Positions 22,187-35,500 of a DNA stretch of 64,000 bases are shown here, piece after piece. Position numbers and translations under genes: made by a program. The notes under the pieces are model-generated. The model had not been told where the DNA came from. It saw nothing but the letters and a program-made list of their open reading frames with translations, and ran no database searches. Position 1 is the first letter of the stretch, and each line of letters starts with the position of its first letter. The stretch lies in NCBI GenBank assembly GCA_946965045.2, contig OX337228.1:1798001-1862000 (forward strand), written 5' to 3'. Origin of the DNA: Epithemia pelagica. Lineage: Eukaryota; Protista; Bacillariophyta.

Positions 22187-25100
22187 TCATGCCGCCACTG
22201 GTTGAGCTGCCGCTACGAAACTCTGCCACAGGGAAAAGACCGCATTGACTCGCATACTATCTTCCAAACCCTTGAACAAGGCAAAGGCTTCCGCCGTATA
22301 TTCCGATAGAGGATCCCGACCTTGGTATTGTCGCATCACGACACTTTCCTTGAGATTTTCCATGGCCTGTTTCCATACAACAACAACAATGTCAAAGATA
22401 GCGATGGCGCAATCCTCAATGTGTGAGCATTCCAGGTCCAAATAAAGTAAGTGATGACCAGTTGTAGCTTGTCCTATACATACCTGCAAGTGATCACTCC
22501 AAGCGTTGTCCATTGTAACCAGTGTAATGTAATTGGAGGAACGGCCCAAGTTATTCATCTGGGCTGTCTTGCTGCTAAACTCTTGGTCGACAGCATTTTG
22601 AATAAAGGCAGTGACATCCTCCGGACTATTGCTGGCAATATCCGATTCGGTTAAGCTCGTCAAAGACGGGAAAAAGGCTTGAATCTTTTCCACCACCTTT
22701 GCAGTATTGACTGAGGAGGAATCATCATTCGTCTGCCCCTTGACTATATCCTCTACGGTTTGGGCATTGTATTCTTTCATCATGGCCAGGGACGCCTCGG
22801 GTGACTGATTCAAAATTTCTTGTCGACGTTGGTAAATGGCTTGCCGTTGTCCACTGAGAATTTCGTCAAAGTCAAAAATTTGTTCCCGAATTTCCCGATA
22901 CTTGGATTCGACGGCGCGTTGCACATTGTCCAAGGCATCCGTCACCTGTGGTGCTTCCACCGGCATGTCATCGGCCACTCGAAACATTTTGAGAATATTG
23001 TTCAACCCGTCGCCACCAAAAATGACAAACATGTCATCTTCAAAACTCAAAAAGAACCGTGAGGAACCTGGATCTCCTTGACGACCCGCACGGCCTCGTA
23101 ATTGTTGGTCAATTCGGGAGCTTTCGTGACGATTCGTTCCAACCACGTACAAGCCGCCAGCCTTTAGGACACGTTCCTTCTCTTCTTCCAAGACGGATTT
23201 GTACGTGTCTTTCACGACTTCTGCCGCTTCCCGCAATTTCACGACGTGATCGGGATCGTCTTCCGCTTCTGTTGTATCAAATGCAACAGTCAAGAATTCT
23301 TCCATATCCAAGGCCGTCAAATCCGTGCCCATGGAAGCTTTAATGGCATCCGCTGTGTCTTTCAAGAGTGTTTTGGCATCCTCTGTAATTTCACACGGAA
23401 AATAATCGGCCGGCGGTGATGGTGGCAAGTTGGCCAATTCTTGTTCCGATGTGACAATCCCTTGGTCCAACAAGAAACCTCGAGTTTGAATGCGGGCCAT
23501 GGTGGTCGGACACCCTCCCAACAAAATGTCGGTTCCTCGCCCTGCCATGTTAGTCGCCACTGTCACAGAGCCGGCCCGTCCCGCTTGGGCCACAACCTCG
23601 GATTCGCGAGGGGCATTTTTGGGTGAAGCATTCAACAATTCAGCATCAATATCATTCTCCTTGAGCAAGGCAACCAGTTGTTCACTTTGTGCGACGGAAG
23701 TGGTTCCAATCAAACAGGGACGGCCCTCCCGTTTGGAAACGGCCGTCACTTCTTGGACCAAGGCGTCATTGGCGGCCGCACGGGTTTTGTACGTGACATC
23801 GGGATAATCCCGACGTGCCACGGGCAAGGCAGTGGGAATGGTCGTGACGCGAAGGCCATAGGTTGCCTCGAGTTCACCGGCATCGGCCATGGCGGTACCT
23901 GTCATTCCAGCCAGTCGACTGTTGCCCGAGGTGAATTGACGAAACAAGTTTTGGTACGTGACCTTGGCAATCACTTTGGATTGTTGACTCACAGTCAAGC
24001 CTTCCTTGGCTTCAATACTTTGGTGCAAACCGTCCGACCACCGTCTCCCATCCAACACGCGACCGGTAAAGGCATCAATGATCCCAATTCCGGATACGGA
24101 GGCTTCCTCCCCATTTTTAGATCCCTGTGATTCGGTAAGGACGGTATATTCTACATCCTTGTTGAACAGTTCCTTGGCTTTCACAGCATTGACAATGTAG
24201 GGTGCCCAAGCGGCTTCATTTCCGGTCACGGTAAACAGACTATCGACGCCCAAGGCCTTTTCGGATTCCAAATATCCCTGTTCGGTCAAGACCGCATTTT
24301 TGTTTTTCAAATCCACCGTATAATGAATATCCTTTTTCAAGGCTTGCGCCAATTGGTTGGCCACAGCATATTTGTTGGCTGGAGCCGGTACCTGTTGACT
24401 AATGATCAAGGGCGTTCGAGCTTCATCAATCATGACGGAATCGGCTTCGTCGACCAAACAAAAGCACTTGTCCAATTGACCGGGTGGCAAGACGGTTTGT
24501 TCCGGAGACAAGGCCAAATGATCGCGCAAATAATCAAAGCCCAATTCGGCATTGGTCACGTAGACAATATCGCAGGCATAGGCAGCCCGTCGCTCTTCCG
24601 TGGTGGAGGAGGATTGTATCAATCCTACCGTCAAACCCAAGAATCGATGAATCTGACCCATTTTTTCAAAATCACGACGAGCCAAGTAATCATTGACTGT
24701 AACGACCAAACTTTTGCGACCCGCAACCGCATTCAAATAGGACGGTAAGGTTGCCACCAAGGTTTTTCCTTCTCCCGTGGCCATTTCAGCCAACCGACCC
24801 TCGTGCAAAACAATACCACCCAACAATTGCACATCGTATGGTCGCAATTCCAACACACGCCTAACCGGAAAAAGAAAAAAGTGAGATTCCACGCATCGCA
24901 AATAGCAAGTACAAAAACCGATAAAAGTCTCTTACCAGGCAGCTTCTCGAACGACAGCAAAGGCTTCCTCCAACAAGGGACCATTGCTATCTTCTCCCTG
25001 TTCTTGCAACCGTTGTCGAAATTCTTTGGTTTTGGCCTCAAGCTCTTCATCTTCCAAGTCTTCCACAGTCTCTTCTAACGCATTGATACGATCAATGCGA

Positions 25101-25381
25101 GGAGCCAAGGATTTCAAATATTGTTCGGTATCTTTGGATCGTGCCGACTGATCTTGACGTGCCAAGAAATCTTCAAAGGCACCCATTTGGAGACTGGTCG
25201 TCGTCGTTGTGGCAGTGGCCGTACTACGTGGATTCGTGCAGGAGGAGGATGGGCCACTCGTAGTACTCACAAAGGATCGCTTGGTCAATGGGAGAGACCA
25301 GGGCGTCGAAAACGCCCATGATTCCTGTGACGGGCAGGACAATCCCATGAGCCACAACAAGGTGATGGACGGTAACCTCAT
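22187..25381 (-). CDS. secA: Plastid preprotein translocase SecA (3 exons)
   Basis: AEMATGEGKTL, LVDEADSVMIDEARTPLII, ATNMAGRGTDI, RIDQQLRGRAGRQGDPG. Signal+SWAF presequence. Introns 24861-24935 and 22367-22483. Confidence 0.96.
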
Positions 25382-26160
25382 CTTCTTTGTAAATCCAAGC
25401 ACTTGGTCCGACGAAAGGTGAACGAGGGTCAATGGGTAGAAAAGTTTGTGATTATGGGGTGGTATCAATAGACCTTGTCACTTCTTCTGGTGTGCTCAAT
25501 GTCGTCGTCAAGATCCAGCTCAGAGAAACCGCCTGTATTTGATGAGACTGGCAGAGTCAGCTCTTCGGTTCGCAAACTACACGGTCGAATGATAGAGAGC
25601 TTGGCGCTTGGCATCCAATTTTGCGCCGTGGTGGTGTCAAAAATCTCTCCATTCCCGCTGTGTCATCCGCGGACACGTATGTGTATTGGGTGTAGAAGAG
25701 GAGGCTCAGGTGTCAGTAGTGAAAGTTACGATGTACTGACAGAGGTGGAAAGATGGGGGATATTTCGTGAAAAATACCGGATAATCCCTCAATTCCAGGT
25801 TTTCTGTGGAAACCCGGAAAACTCCGACACCATTTTTGAAAAATTCATCTCTTTCCTCGATAGTGGTACAGCTTACCCCCAAAACAGTCGGTGACACCCA
25901 TACTACCTTCACCCCGCCACGTTTTTTCCCTATATTCCCCTTCTATTTATTTAAGGGCAAACGGCGCCGTTATTTCATTTTTTTTCGTCAACCTTACAAT
26001 GCGGAATTGAATTTTAATCTCTTCAATGTCGTTACGCTGGCAATGTGGCAAGCGTTCTTCCCCCTGCCGCAATTTCCCGGGTGGTCTTGTTACACCACAG
26101 TAAAACGCTTGTTTGGGGCCAATCAAAATTTGGACTTTCTATGGTTTCACCCCGTCCTAA

Positions 26161-28418
26161 AAAAAAAGGTACAGTCTATTTTAACGCTGCCGCGCGGACC
26201 AGCTAGGGTGCCGTCGACCGACGCGCCCGGCCTAGAAAACTAGGCGAGGACTAACAGTACTTGGGGTGTAAGAAATCACGGGGAAGAAGCAGACCGAAGT
26301 ATAACAGGTCGCCATGTGTTGAGCCAGTGGCGAAGAGCGAGTGAGGTGGTGTCGATGGAGAAATGGAGTTCCGGAGTGTCGTAGAAAAGGATAACATCTG
26401 AAGCTTGGACTTTATCTTTGAGGGCATAGAGGGCGAGGACTTCGCGCTTGGCTTGAGCATAATCGGCAGTCTCAATAGTTTCAGGGGAGTCACCGTGAAG
26501 ATCTTGATTGCGGCGGAGCCAGAGATTAAACACGTGAAGCCAAATGATATTGATGGTAGCAGTAATGATACGAGTGACGGAGAAGAACGGAGAAGAGAGA
26601 GAAACGCGTTGTAAGTAGGCGTCTTGGAGATGCGCCCATTGTGAAGAGAAACGACCAAGAAACAGTTGCTCCTGCCCGATTGTAAGCTGTGAGAGAATAG
26701 CACGTTGGTATGCATGAGGTAAAGGGGGAAAAGAAGGGGTAGTATTGAGGAGAAACGAAAGGAGAAATTCCAGAAGCAAAGTCCGAAGAAAGGGGTCAAA
26801 CTCAAGGTCATGCCATTTCGACCGGAGATCTTCTGCGAGAGATTCAAACCAGTCCCGGTTGGGACACTGAAGAAAATGAGACCGAGTCTCGAGAGTATTA
26901 GAACAAAGGGGACAATTATTGTCGTAATAGTCGGCGTATCGCGATTTCAGGTAGCCCAGAGGGAGCCAATCATGGAGGAATTTTACCAAAAAATGGCGAC
27001 GAGAAAAATTTGAATTCAAGGCGCGTCCATGAGCAGTCCAATCAACAGAATCGAACACAGCCTCAGACCAGTCATATTTGGTGCAGTGATATTTGCGGAG
27101 TGTTTCAAAGGTAGCCAATCTGCGTAGAATAGCTCGGTAGTTTGAGTTAATAGATCCATCCGCGCTGTGGAGCAACGCGTGACATCCCGCTGTTATAGGT
27201 GCAAGGCACGGAGAGACACATGAAGGATAAGAATAATCGGATGCTGCATGGTCCGCGTCGACATTGAGTTGAGCTGGCAGTGGTAAAGTTGAGTATGCTT
27301 GTTCTTGATCTTGATGACCCTTGATATGACAAATATGAGGAAGTTCTGCAAACTGTCGGAGCGACCGAGAAATTGCTTGTTGTAAGTCCCAATCTGCCGT
27401 CATTGTAGAATACGGAAACTCAACGAACCATTCCATCCGTTTCTGAATAGTCTTGACCAAACTTTCAGAATCGGTAAACATCTGAAGAGAGATAGGTAGA
27501 GAACAGCTTAGAAACTCGCACGATTGTATCAGATACCGTAGGATGGCTAAAAATGCATAGCTTTCCGCTCGGAATGAGGACGTTTTGTAACCAGGCGCAG
27601 GACCATGAAGTCGAAATAGTCGCTGTCCGGTGTCAGTGGAGCAAACGCAGCCAAATGTACCAACAAAGGAACCAGCAGAACCATCACTGCTAACCAACAG
27701 TGGCGAACTCGATTGTAGAAAAGCAGCGAGATCATCAGTCGAGCACAGAGCAGTGCACTGTGTGCAAAGGGAGCGTTCCCAAGAAGATAGTTGAGCCATA
27801 TGTTCACTCAGAGAACTTGGCGGTGGTGTAATGGGGCGTGGTAGCACGTAGTGGCTTGAGGACAGAATCTTCGCTGGACCAGTCGAAAGCGTCTGAGCTG
27901 GGCAAGCAGTAGGTGGGACGGAGGGATGCAATGTTGTAGTGGGCCAAAAGGCCATGCCATAGTAATGATATTCTAACCATTGACCGTTTGGGGCCGAGAC
28001 GAAAAGACGGGAAGACGGACGGTCGAGATAAGATAACCAATTCCGAAAAGTAGACGATCCTCCAAAGTACCATTTGCCGAGTGGTTGGTTCAAGCGTCGA
28101 TCTTGAGCAGAGCTGAGAAGGCTATGCAAGAAATTACGCCACTTTGTCCAGGATTTTGGTCCAGGTCTTCGTTGGTAGGGGATAAGGCCGCGATGCTGCG
28201 TGAGAATATCCAGACGACCGTCATATGCAGCACGAGTGATGATTGACCCCTCAGGGCTAGAAATGTCGCTGACGAAGGTCACTCCAAGGTAGAGACGACA
28301 AGCGTTAATCAATTTCAAGTCGGTTGGAGACGTGGTATAGGCAAGAGCCAAATCCATCAAGAAAGAATCTTGTTCCCGTTGAAGATCTGGGACAAATGTC
28401 TGCTCAAGTTCAATCCGG
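26161..28418 (-). mobile_element. 5'-truncated non-LTR retrotransposon (LINE) with RNase H and C-terminal CCHC domain; possibly related to the diatom Ambal/L1-group elements
   Basis: Open ORF to 26276 with INACRLYLGV, RNase H residues SSDGSA/RAESY/FTDSES/HIKGHQD/ADHAA and CPLC..HFLQC. No RT present. Flanked by the 13-bp direct repeat CACCCCGTCCTAA (26148-26160, 28419-28431). Confidence 0.88.
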
Positions 28419-28703
28419 CACCCCGTCCTAATACTTCTACGAGAAATATTCCGCAACGCTTTTGAGTCGCCCATAAAAATATCCCGTATCCCTTGTGAAG
28501 CTATTAGTTGGCCTATTCCTTCATGGAGCTATTACTCCTACGTCTATCCACCTACTCTAGAGGGTGAGCTAGTGGCCTAGGAGTAGCAGCTCGATGCTTC
28601 CTGCAAGAGAGCCGAATCACAATGCTCTTACAGGCACTCCCAGAATTCTTGAATATAGACTAGACCCCTGCAGAGTTGATTTGGTTTGCTACACAAATAT
28701 TAA

Positions 28704-29670
28704 TTAAAGGCGTCCGGCAGCTTCGGCTTCTGCTCGTTCTTCGATAATGGTCTTCTTGATGCCATTGCCCTTCGGCAACGAAACAAAGGGTTTGGCAGCC
28801 GACGAGGCTCCAATAACAAAGACATTTTGCAAACGAGTCGCAAAGACATGTCCCTTGGCATCCTTGATACTGGCAATGTTGAAGGATCCATCGTGACGTT
28901 CAATGTGCATCAAGGTTCCCACACGGCCCGTGTTTCGTCCACGAGACAACATGACTGTCGCACCCATTTCAAACTTGAGAATGTCCGACATTTTTCCCGT
29001 GTTAATGTCCACCTTGATTGTGTCGTTGACCTTCACGTTGGGATCGGGATACCGAATAGTACGGCCATCGTGCGTGACCGCCACCGGAACCTTGTTGGCC
29101 GTCACGTGCACCTTTTGCACACGGCAGAGTTTGAATTGAGATTCTTCGCGATTGATACGGTGTAAGACAAAGCGTCCCTTGGTATCGTACATGAGACGGA
29201 ACCGATCGCTGGACTTTTCCAACTCAATCACATCCATAAAGCCCGCCGGGAAATTGTGGTCGGTACGCACTTTGCCGTCCACCTTGACACATCGTTCCAT
29301 ACAGATTTGCATACATTCCTTGCCCGTCAAGGCATACTTTAAGCGTTCGCGCAAAATAATGCAGACTGGAATGCATTCACGCATCTTGTGGGGACCGGGC
29401 GAGGGTTTGGGAGCCCACACACCGCCCATTTTACCCAAATGCCAATGGTGAGGCGCATTCAAACGCTTCAAGTGCTTTTGAGGACCACGACGACCCCTGT
29501 CCGTCGGAGCGTGTCATGATAAGGAACAAAACCACACACCAGAAAGGAAGTTCAGTGCATGCAAGGCGAGAGCAAGAGGAACGAGGTGAGACAACCAGTA
29601 AACAGAGAGGTAGCAGGCGAGACCAAGCCTTCCGCTCGAACACTGATATCGCAAACCATTCCACTTACAT
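28704..29670 (-). CDS. RPS4: 40S ribosomal protein S4 (eS4)
   Basis: [37 protein letters not shown]. Start inferred as AT|G across intron 29497-29668. Confidence 0.97.
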
Positions 29671-30146
29671 GTTGGAGTAATTCTTTGTTTGCTTACAGCA
29701 ACTACTACAACTTTACAAATCAACCAAAGGTTGAATGGTATGCCAAGCAAAGCAAGGAGAGACGTCTAATACTGCACTGCGTGTTGCGTCCAGGAGAAAG
29801 TATGAGTCGCACTAAAATTTAGTAAGTCGGTAAACCCGTCACACCGCACATACACGACATATCGTCCATCGCGACAACAACCTTGTGTTGCTTCTTCTGG
29901 AGGACTTTATTGTTTCCTTTGTAACAGTTTCCCAGCACAACAGACTTATTTGTACGTGAAATCGAAGCGTTGACGGGCGAAACTGGCGGCTGGTTTGATA
30001 ATTGCCACTGTATTTCGCACTCGAGACTGACCACATGCTTCTCCCTCCTCTTTGATTTGTGTTGTGCCTCTTTTGCCTGGTTCGTTGACTTTTTTGTTGG
30101 ATCTCCTTGTGATCGTTATATCTCTGTGACAAACGAGTAGTCCAAT

Positions 30147-30602
30147 ATGGGTCGTATGCACGCACCAGGAAAGGGTATTGCGCGACGAGCGCTTCCCTAC
30201 AAACGAACGCCACCTTCCTGGCTCAAGGTATCTCCGGCCGACGTGGAAAGTAAGGTTTGTGGATTGGCCAAGAAGGGTTTGACTCCTTCCCAAATTGGTG
30301 TCTTGTTGCGTGATTCCGAAGGCATTGCGCAAGTCAAGTCGGTGACGGGTCAAAAAATTGTGCGCATCCTCAAGGCCAATGGGTTGGCTCCCGAAATTCC
30401 CGAAGATTTGTACATGTTGATCAAAAAGGCTGTCCAAGTACGCAAACATTTGGAACGCAATCGTCAAGATAAGGACTCCAAATTCCGATTGATTTTGATC
30501 GAATCCCGAATCCATCGATTGGCCCGCTATTACCGAACCACGCGCAAATTGCCCTCCAATTGGAAATACGAATCCAGTACGGCCAGTACCATTGTGTCGT
30601 AA
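30147..30602 (+). CDS. RPS13: 40S ribosomal protein S13 (uS15)
   Basis: [44 protein letters not shown]. Confidence 0.98.
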   Translation: MGRMHAPGKGIARRALPYKRTPPSWLKVSPADVESKVCGLAKKGLTPSQIGVLLRDSEGIAQVKSVTGQKIVRILKANGLAPEIPEDLYMLIKKAVQVRKHLERNRQDKDSKFRLILIESRIHRLARYYRTTRKLPSNWKYESSTASTIVS

Positions 30603-30963
30603 TTAGAATAACATAACAATCATAGTCTGTACATGGTCATTCATGTGCTTTACGCCTTGGGTCGAGATTAGGAAACAAAGGCCAGGGGATTGTTGGTCTT
30701 AACCTGAATCTACCTAGAGTGTACAGTCTACAGGAGAAAGAACGATATTGTCATCTCTTAGCACAGGTTTACGAGAAATAAAAGACAGTCTCCAAGTCTA
30801 AACGAACTCATATCAGGTAGGAGAAATAGCGAAATGCGTATGTGACACTGCACATTCATTGGTTTGTTTGATGTAATGATAAAATAGGATCATATTCGTA
30901 GCTCTGTAGCTTGGCGGTTGGTAAATATAGCATATGTTCAGTTGACGACTTGTTGTTTCTTGT

Positions 30964-32082
30964 CTACGAGTCATTGGAGGACAATTGCAATTCGTTTTGA
31001 AAGGATTGCACCAGCTTGACGACAACATTGCTAATGTCATACATGTCCACCTCTCGTACCAATCGTTGTACCTTGCCTTGAGCCAGTAAGAACAAGGTCA
31101 TACTCCATCGTGTTTCACCCAATGCGGAATAGGATCGCATCCATTCCAAGGTTTCATCACTATACACTCCCTGCAACGCAGGTGCCGTCGTCGTTGTGAG
31201 TGTTGTGATGGTACTGTGCTTGTTCCGTTTCATCCAGCGACGATTTTCGGCGGGGGAATCAGCATTAATCACAATCAACTTTTGCAAGATTGCCGGGGGA
31301 GAGGACGAGACGAGTTGCTTGACGGCTTGCCGTAGATCGTGTGACTTTTCTCGTGGATCAACCAAACACAAGAGAAAGTCATTGTTGTTGTTGTTGTTTT
31401 TCGCCTGGAGCCACGGGATGAGTCGTTCCATACCATTGGTACCCAAGGGTGTTTCGGTTCCAATGTGATGCAAATCGGCAAAGCACTCAATGGGAGCTGG
31501 ATCGCCCTGAAACAAACGATCGACGGTTGGTTTTTTGGAACGACGAACTCGTTCGGCTGCTTGCAATTCTGCTTCTTGTTGTTGAGGATTCAAATAATCA
31601 TCAAAATTCTCACTGGTCGACCGCATTGACGATTGTTGCAACAAATCTTCAAAGCGCAATCGATCGTTGCGTTCCTGAATTTGCTTTTCCGACAAGACGG
31701 GCTCTGATTTCTTCTTCTTCTGACTGTTGTTGGAATCGTCATCGTTGTTGGACTGTGTTGCCTTTTGTTGTTTGGCCAATTCCATTTTTCGTCTCAATTC
31801 GGCTTGTTTGTTCAAACTCTTTTTGCTGTACAAGGGGCCACAACTCGTTTGCCTCCGACAAGGGATCTCCCCGGTTGTTATTGTTGTTGTCGTGGTTCGT
31901 CTTGTCGTTGGAATGACAGGATTCACCCATCCATGTACCACCCCATCGTTCTTCCAATGGATGGTGCATCCCACGAGAAAAAGAAGAAGAACGCCAAGTC
32001 GCCAGCACGAGTTTGAAGCACCTGGCGAGAAGAGGCAGCAAGCCCCAAAGAATCGTCGGTGTGATCTTGTCGTCGTGGTCAT
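30964..32082 (-). CDS. Plastid-targeted hypothetical protein with C-terminal thioredoxin/AhpC-like fold
   Basis: Signal-like N-terminus and coiled-coil middle. C-terminal LIVINADSPAENRRW..VYSD..W..TLFLL..GKV pattern resembles redoxins. Confidence 0.55.
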   Translation of the reverse strand: MTTTTRSHRRFFGACCLFSPGASNSCWRLGVLLLFLVGCTIHWKNDGVVHGWVNPVIPTTRRTTTTTITTGEIPCRRQTSCGPLYSKKSLNKQAELRRKMELAKQQKATQSNNDDDSNNSQKKKKSEPVLSEKQIQERNDRLRFEDLLQQSSMRSTSENFDDYLNPQQQEAELQAAERVRRSKKPTVDRLFQGDPAPIECFADLHHIGTETPLGTNGMERLIPWLQAKNNNNNNDFLLCLVDPREKSHDLRQAVKQLVSSSPPAILQKLIVINADSPAENRRWMKRNKHSTITTLTTTTAPALQGVYSDETLEWMRSYSALGETRWSMTLFLLAQGKVQRLVREVDMYDISNVVVKLVQSFQNELQLSSNDS

Positions 32083-32593
32083 TGAAACAGTCCTTCCCCC
32101 ACTTGGCCGTATGCTCTCTGGTCAATAAGCTTCCGGAGTGCAGTGATTGCTTGCTTGATTATTGCTTGCACCGACCTTTGCTCTCGTACTCTCGATGAAG
32201 AACGAAATGAAAAACGTTGGATTTCGCCGAAGTCGCATCTGGGTCGCCATATTTAAGATAGTTTTCTGCCCAATTGGATTCGTCGACCCACCGAAAGGGC
32301 TTTTGGAGAAGGGAGCCGGACTGAAAACAGTGGCGCATGCTTTACGGAAATGATGTACTAGACATATTTGGATACTACTGCATTTGGAGGAACCAAGAAC
32401 TTGCTGTTACACTTTTGTTTTGCAGTAGAGAGGATTCTGATCCACTTGACACGACATTTCGAAATTGTGGAGGGAGTTGTTCCGACGCGCGCGCAGGTCT
32501 TTTAGGGATGAACGCACATTAGTCATTGATAAGTCGCTCTTAGGATCCGTCGGATATCCATCCATCGATTGCTCCAACAAAATTCTATTGACC

Positions 32594-35500
32594 ATGACGC
32601 GAGACAAAAACGCGAGAACGAAAAAGAAGAAGGAAACCAATGAAGGACCGCAGGATACCATAACGACCACCACAACAGAAACAACAACAGCACGTTGCCA
32701 TGGATGTCAACAAGAGTTTTCCAGTCGCAATGCCGTTTTCAAACACTTGATTGATACCAATGGTGCCTGTTTGCCTCCCCAAGACTATCCCGACTTTTGT
32801 CGCTACGTGTTACGACAAAAAGATGATGAAAAGGTCTTGATATTGTTTGGATACATTCCATCGAATCCCATGGACGTGCCAACAACAGTCACTGAGGACA
32901 CGGAATCACCCAAAACGGTCATTCGCAATGGAACGGATGCGGCCAATATCTTGTTGGCCGTCATACAATCCTTGTCCACAACCATGGATGATGATACTGA
33001 CAACGAAAACCAAAATGGTCTGATCAAAGACAGCAAGTCCAACACTCCCAATGGAGACCATTCAAGTCGTCCCAAATATTTAAGGTCCTATGGTCATTCG
33101 GCTCGAGCGACATCCTTGGTGGCCCAAGAGTTGGATTCGGGAGGAGCCGTGACCGAAGTCTTGGCCACCAAACTACCGCCCATTCAAAAGACCAAAGTGA
33201 CAGTCACCACCATTGCAGACTGGATGGATGTGGTCAATCAAGAATTGCAGCAACAGTCCATGGAAAAGTGGCATGGCTCGGCACAAATACGAGTTTTGGG
33301 ACGTCAACCCATGCCACATACCAATTTCAACGCCGAATTGGACCTTACGCATCGACGAGTCGAATATTTGTTGCCATTGGACTTTTTGTTTCCTCATGAC
33401 CATAATGGAAAGAACAACAAGAAGAATGACAATGAGCCACAATTGCCCTCACACAATCCAAATCCCCTCGACAGGACAAGACCAACACCACTGTCATCTT
33501 GGACGGATTTGTCATCCTTTTTTCAATCGTTTCCGTCCTTTCAAGATGGTTCCCTAAAGTTTCATGCAACAACAGACGACGAAACGGACAAGAATGAACC
33601 GAAACAATCCTTGTCGTCCTCGGACGAACAGCCGGATACCGCCACCTTGACGTATTTGTTTGCCTTGAAAAAGACCATGCAACTTGTCACGACGCAAATT
33701 GTGGCCTTGGATCCTCAGGATCACGTCGCAGTCTTGGAAAAGGAAATTCACACCAAGAAACGATGGCGTAACAAACATTCTTTTCAACAACAAGAAAAGG
33801 CACGTAGTGGGACCACCAGCGATGCCACGACGACTACTGGAACCAACGCCGAGACACCACCATCCGAACCCTCCTTGTGCAAACCAGAGACCACCAGCGA
33901 TGCCATGACGACTACTAGAACCAAGGTCGAGACACCACCATCCGAACCCTCCTTGTGCAAACCAGAGACAGCAGCCTCCGACACGGTCGATTCCAAAGGG
34001 CATTCTCAGTTGTCGGAATCCACCTCATCATCACCATCCTCTCATCCAACCAAGAAGCAACGAAAAGAGACGGTCGAGGACAACACCAGCAACAGCCACC
34101 AAAACATGGATCCAAACACGAGGGACCAACGAAAGCGCCAAAACAAAAAGAAAAAGTCCAAGAAAAAGGAAACCAAGTCAACCAATGTCTTGAGACGGCG
34201 AAGATATCACAACTTTACACCTTCCTGTATGGCCCATGAATATCTTTCTTACCGAAGATTGGATCGGTTGTATCATCGCGCTACACTCCGCTTCACCGAC
34301 CCGCCAGGCCCCACCGATTCAAATCCCCTTGTATCGACATCGAGTCGACCATTTATGGTGCTTTCCATGACGGGAGATTTGTTTCTTCATGGACAGGCAG
34401 CTCGAGTGATTGGATTTGTCATTGCGTTAGTACGGGGCGTGATTGATTACGATATGGTGGATTGTGTCTTTGACGAAAGTTATCCCCATTTGGTTCCTAC
34501 ACCACCGGCACCCATTCAAGGTTTGTATGCCATTGATGCCTTTTACACATCGTGGGAAGGAAAGGCCAAATCCATATTGTCGGCACGTCGGTGCAATCGG
34601 TATTCACAGGGATGGAACAGTGAAGACACCTTACAACGTGTCGAAGAATGGCAACAGGTGGTACGGCAAGAAATTGGTCGTCGATGGAACCATGGTCCTC
34701 CAAATGGTGATGACAATGCGCAAGAAAACTCTCTAGGTAATGACAAGATGGACGAGACCACTGTTTCACGATTGGCCCTGGAAGAAGAGTGGACAAGGAA
34801 TGTCTTGCTTCCATGGGCCACCAAAGCTAGGAAGCAATTGGAGCACTACCGAGAATGGAAAAAGACGCACCAATCTCACGGTATCGCCATAAACTCCGCT
34901 GCAACCAGCCATGAAAATACTTCCATCATGGGAAATGGCACAGAGAACAAACAGGAACAACAAGACAAGAATGTGCCCACAGCGGTCGGCAATGCGACAC
35001 TGGACGTTGCAGCCGTTGATTCAACAGTTCCATCCTTGTATCGAAAAGTGCTCGATTTACTTCGACAAGTGGATCGTTGTGGTAAGTGGCCCACGACAAC
35101 ACCCAAACGACAGCTTGTCATGGTATCCAATTTGAAAACGACACAAGAGACAACAAGGGACGAGGGGGAGAACTCGGAGCCTTTCGACAATCCATCCAAT
35201 GACAGCAATACCAACGGAGTGTTGCCTGCATGGACGGCTATTGCGACTGCGACAACGGTATCGCACACCACGTCCCTGTCCATGGCGCATATCCGTGCCA
35301 GGGCAAACTACAAGGAAGAACAATCATCGGCGTACGACTATGCCGAAGGAGAAGGAGGAGCCAGTGGTAGTTTCTCGGTCGGTGCCATGCCAGGAGAACA
35401 ATGCCGTATCCAACCAAAGGCAAATGAATTGTTTCCAGAATTAATGAAGGCCGCCTTTGAATTGGAGATTGCCCTCGATCTACCCAATCGAGAACCCTCT

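Noticed and set aside
28432-28474. N-terminal MGDSKALRN.. of the 732-aa LINE ORF
   Set aside because: It lies outside the right TSD, so it is flanking DNA that happens to be in frame.
25756-28492. Possible terminal inverted repeats (GGGATATTT) around the LINE, suggesting an older DNA transposon
   Set aside because: Only about 9 bp match, with no TSD and no transposase remnant.
29497-29668. snoRNA in the RPS4 or RPS18 first introns
   Set aside because: No convincing C/D box pair with a terminal stem, and no H/ACA layout.
29806-29813. GTCGCACT/CGCACT motif upstream of the four RP genes
   Set aside because: A 6-8-mer that also occurs upstream of URC1 and within TE coding DNA. Counts are compatible with chance.
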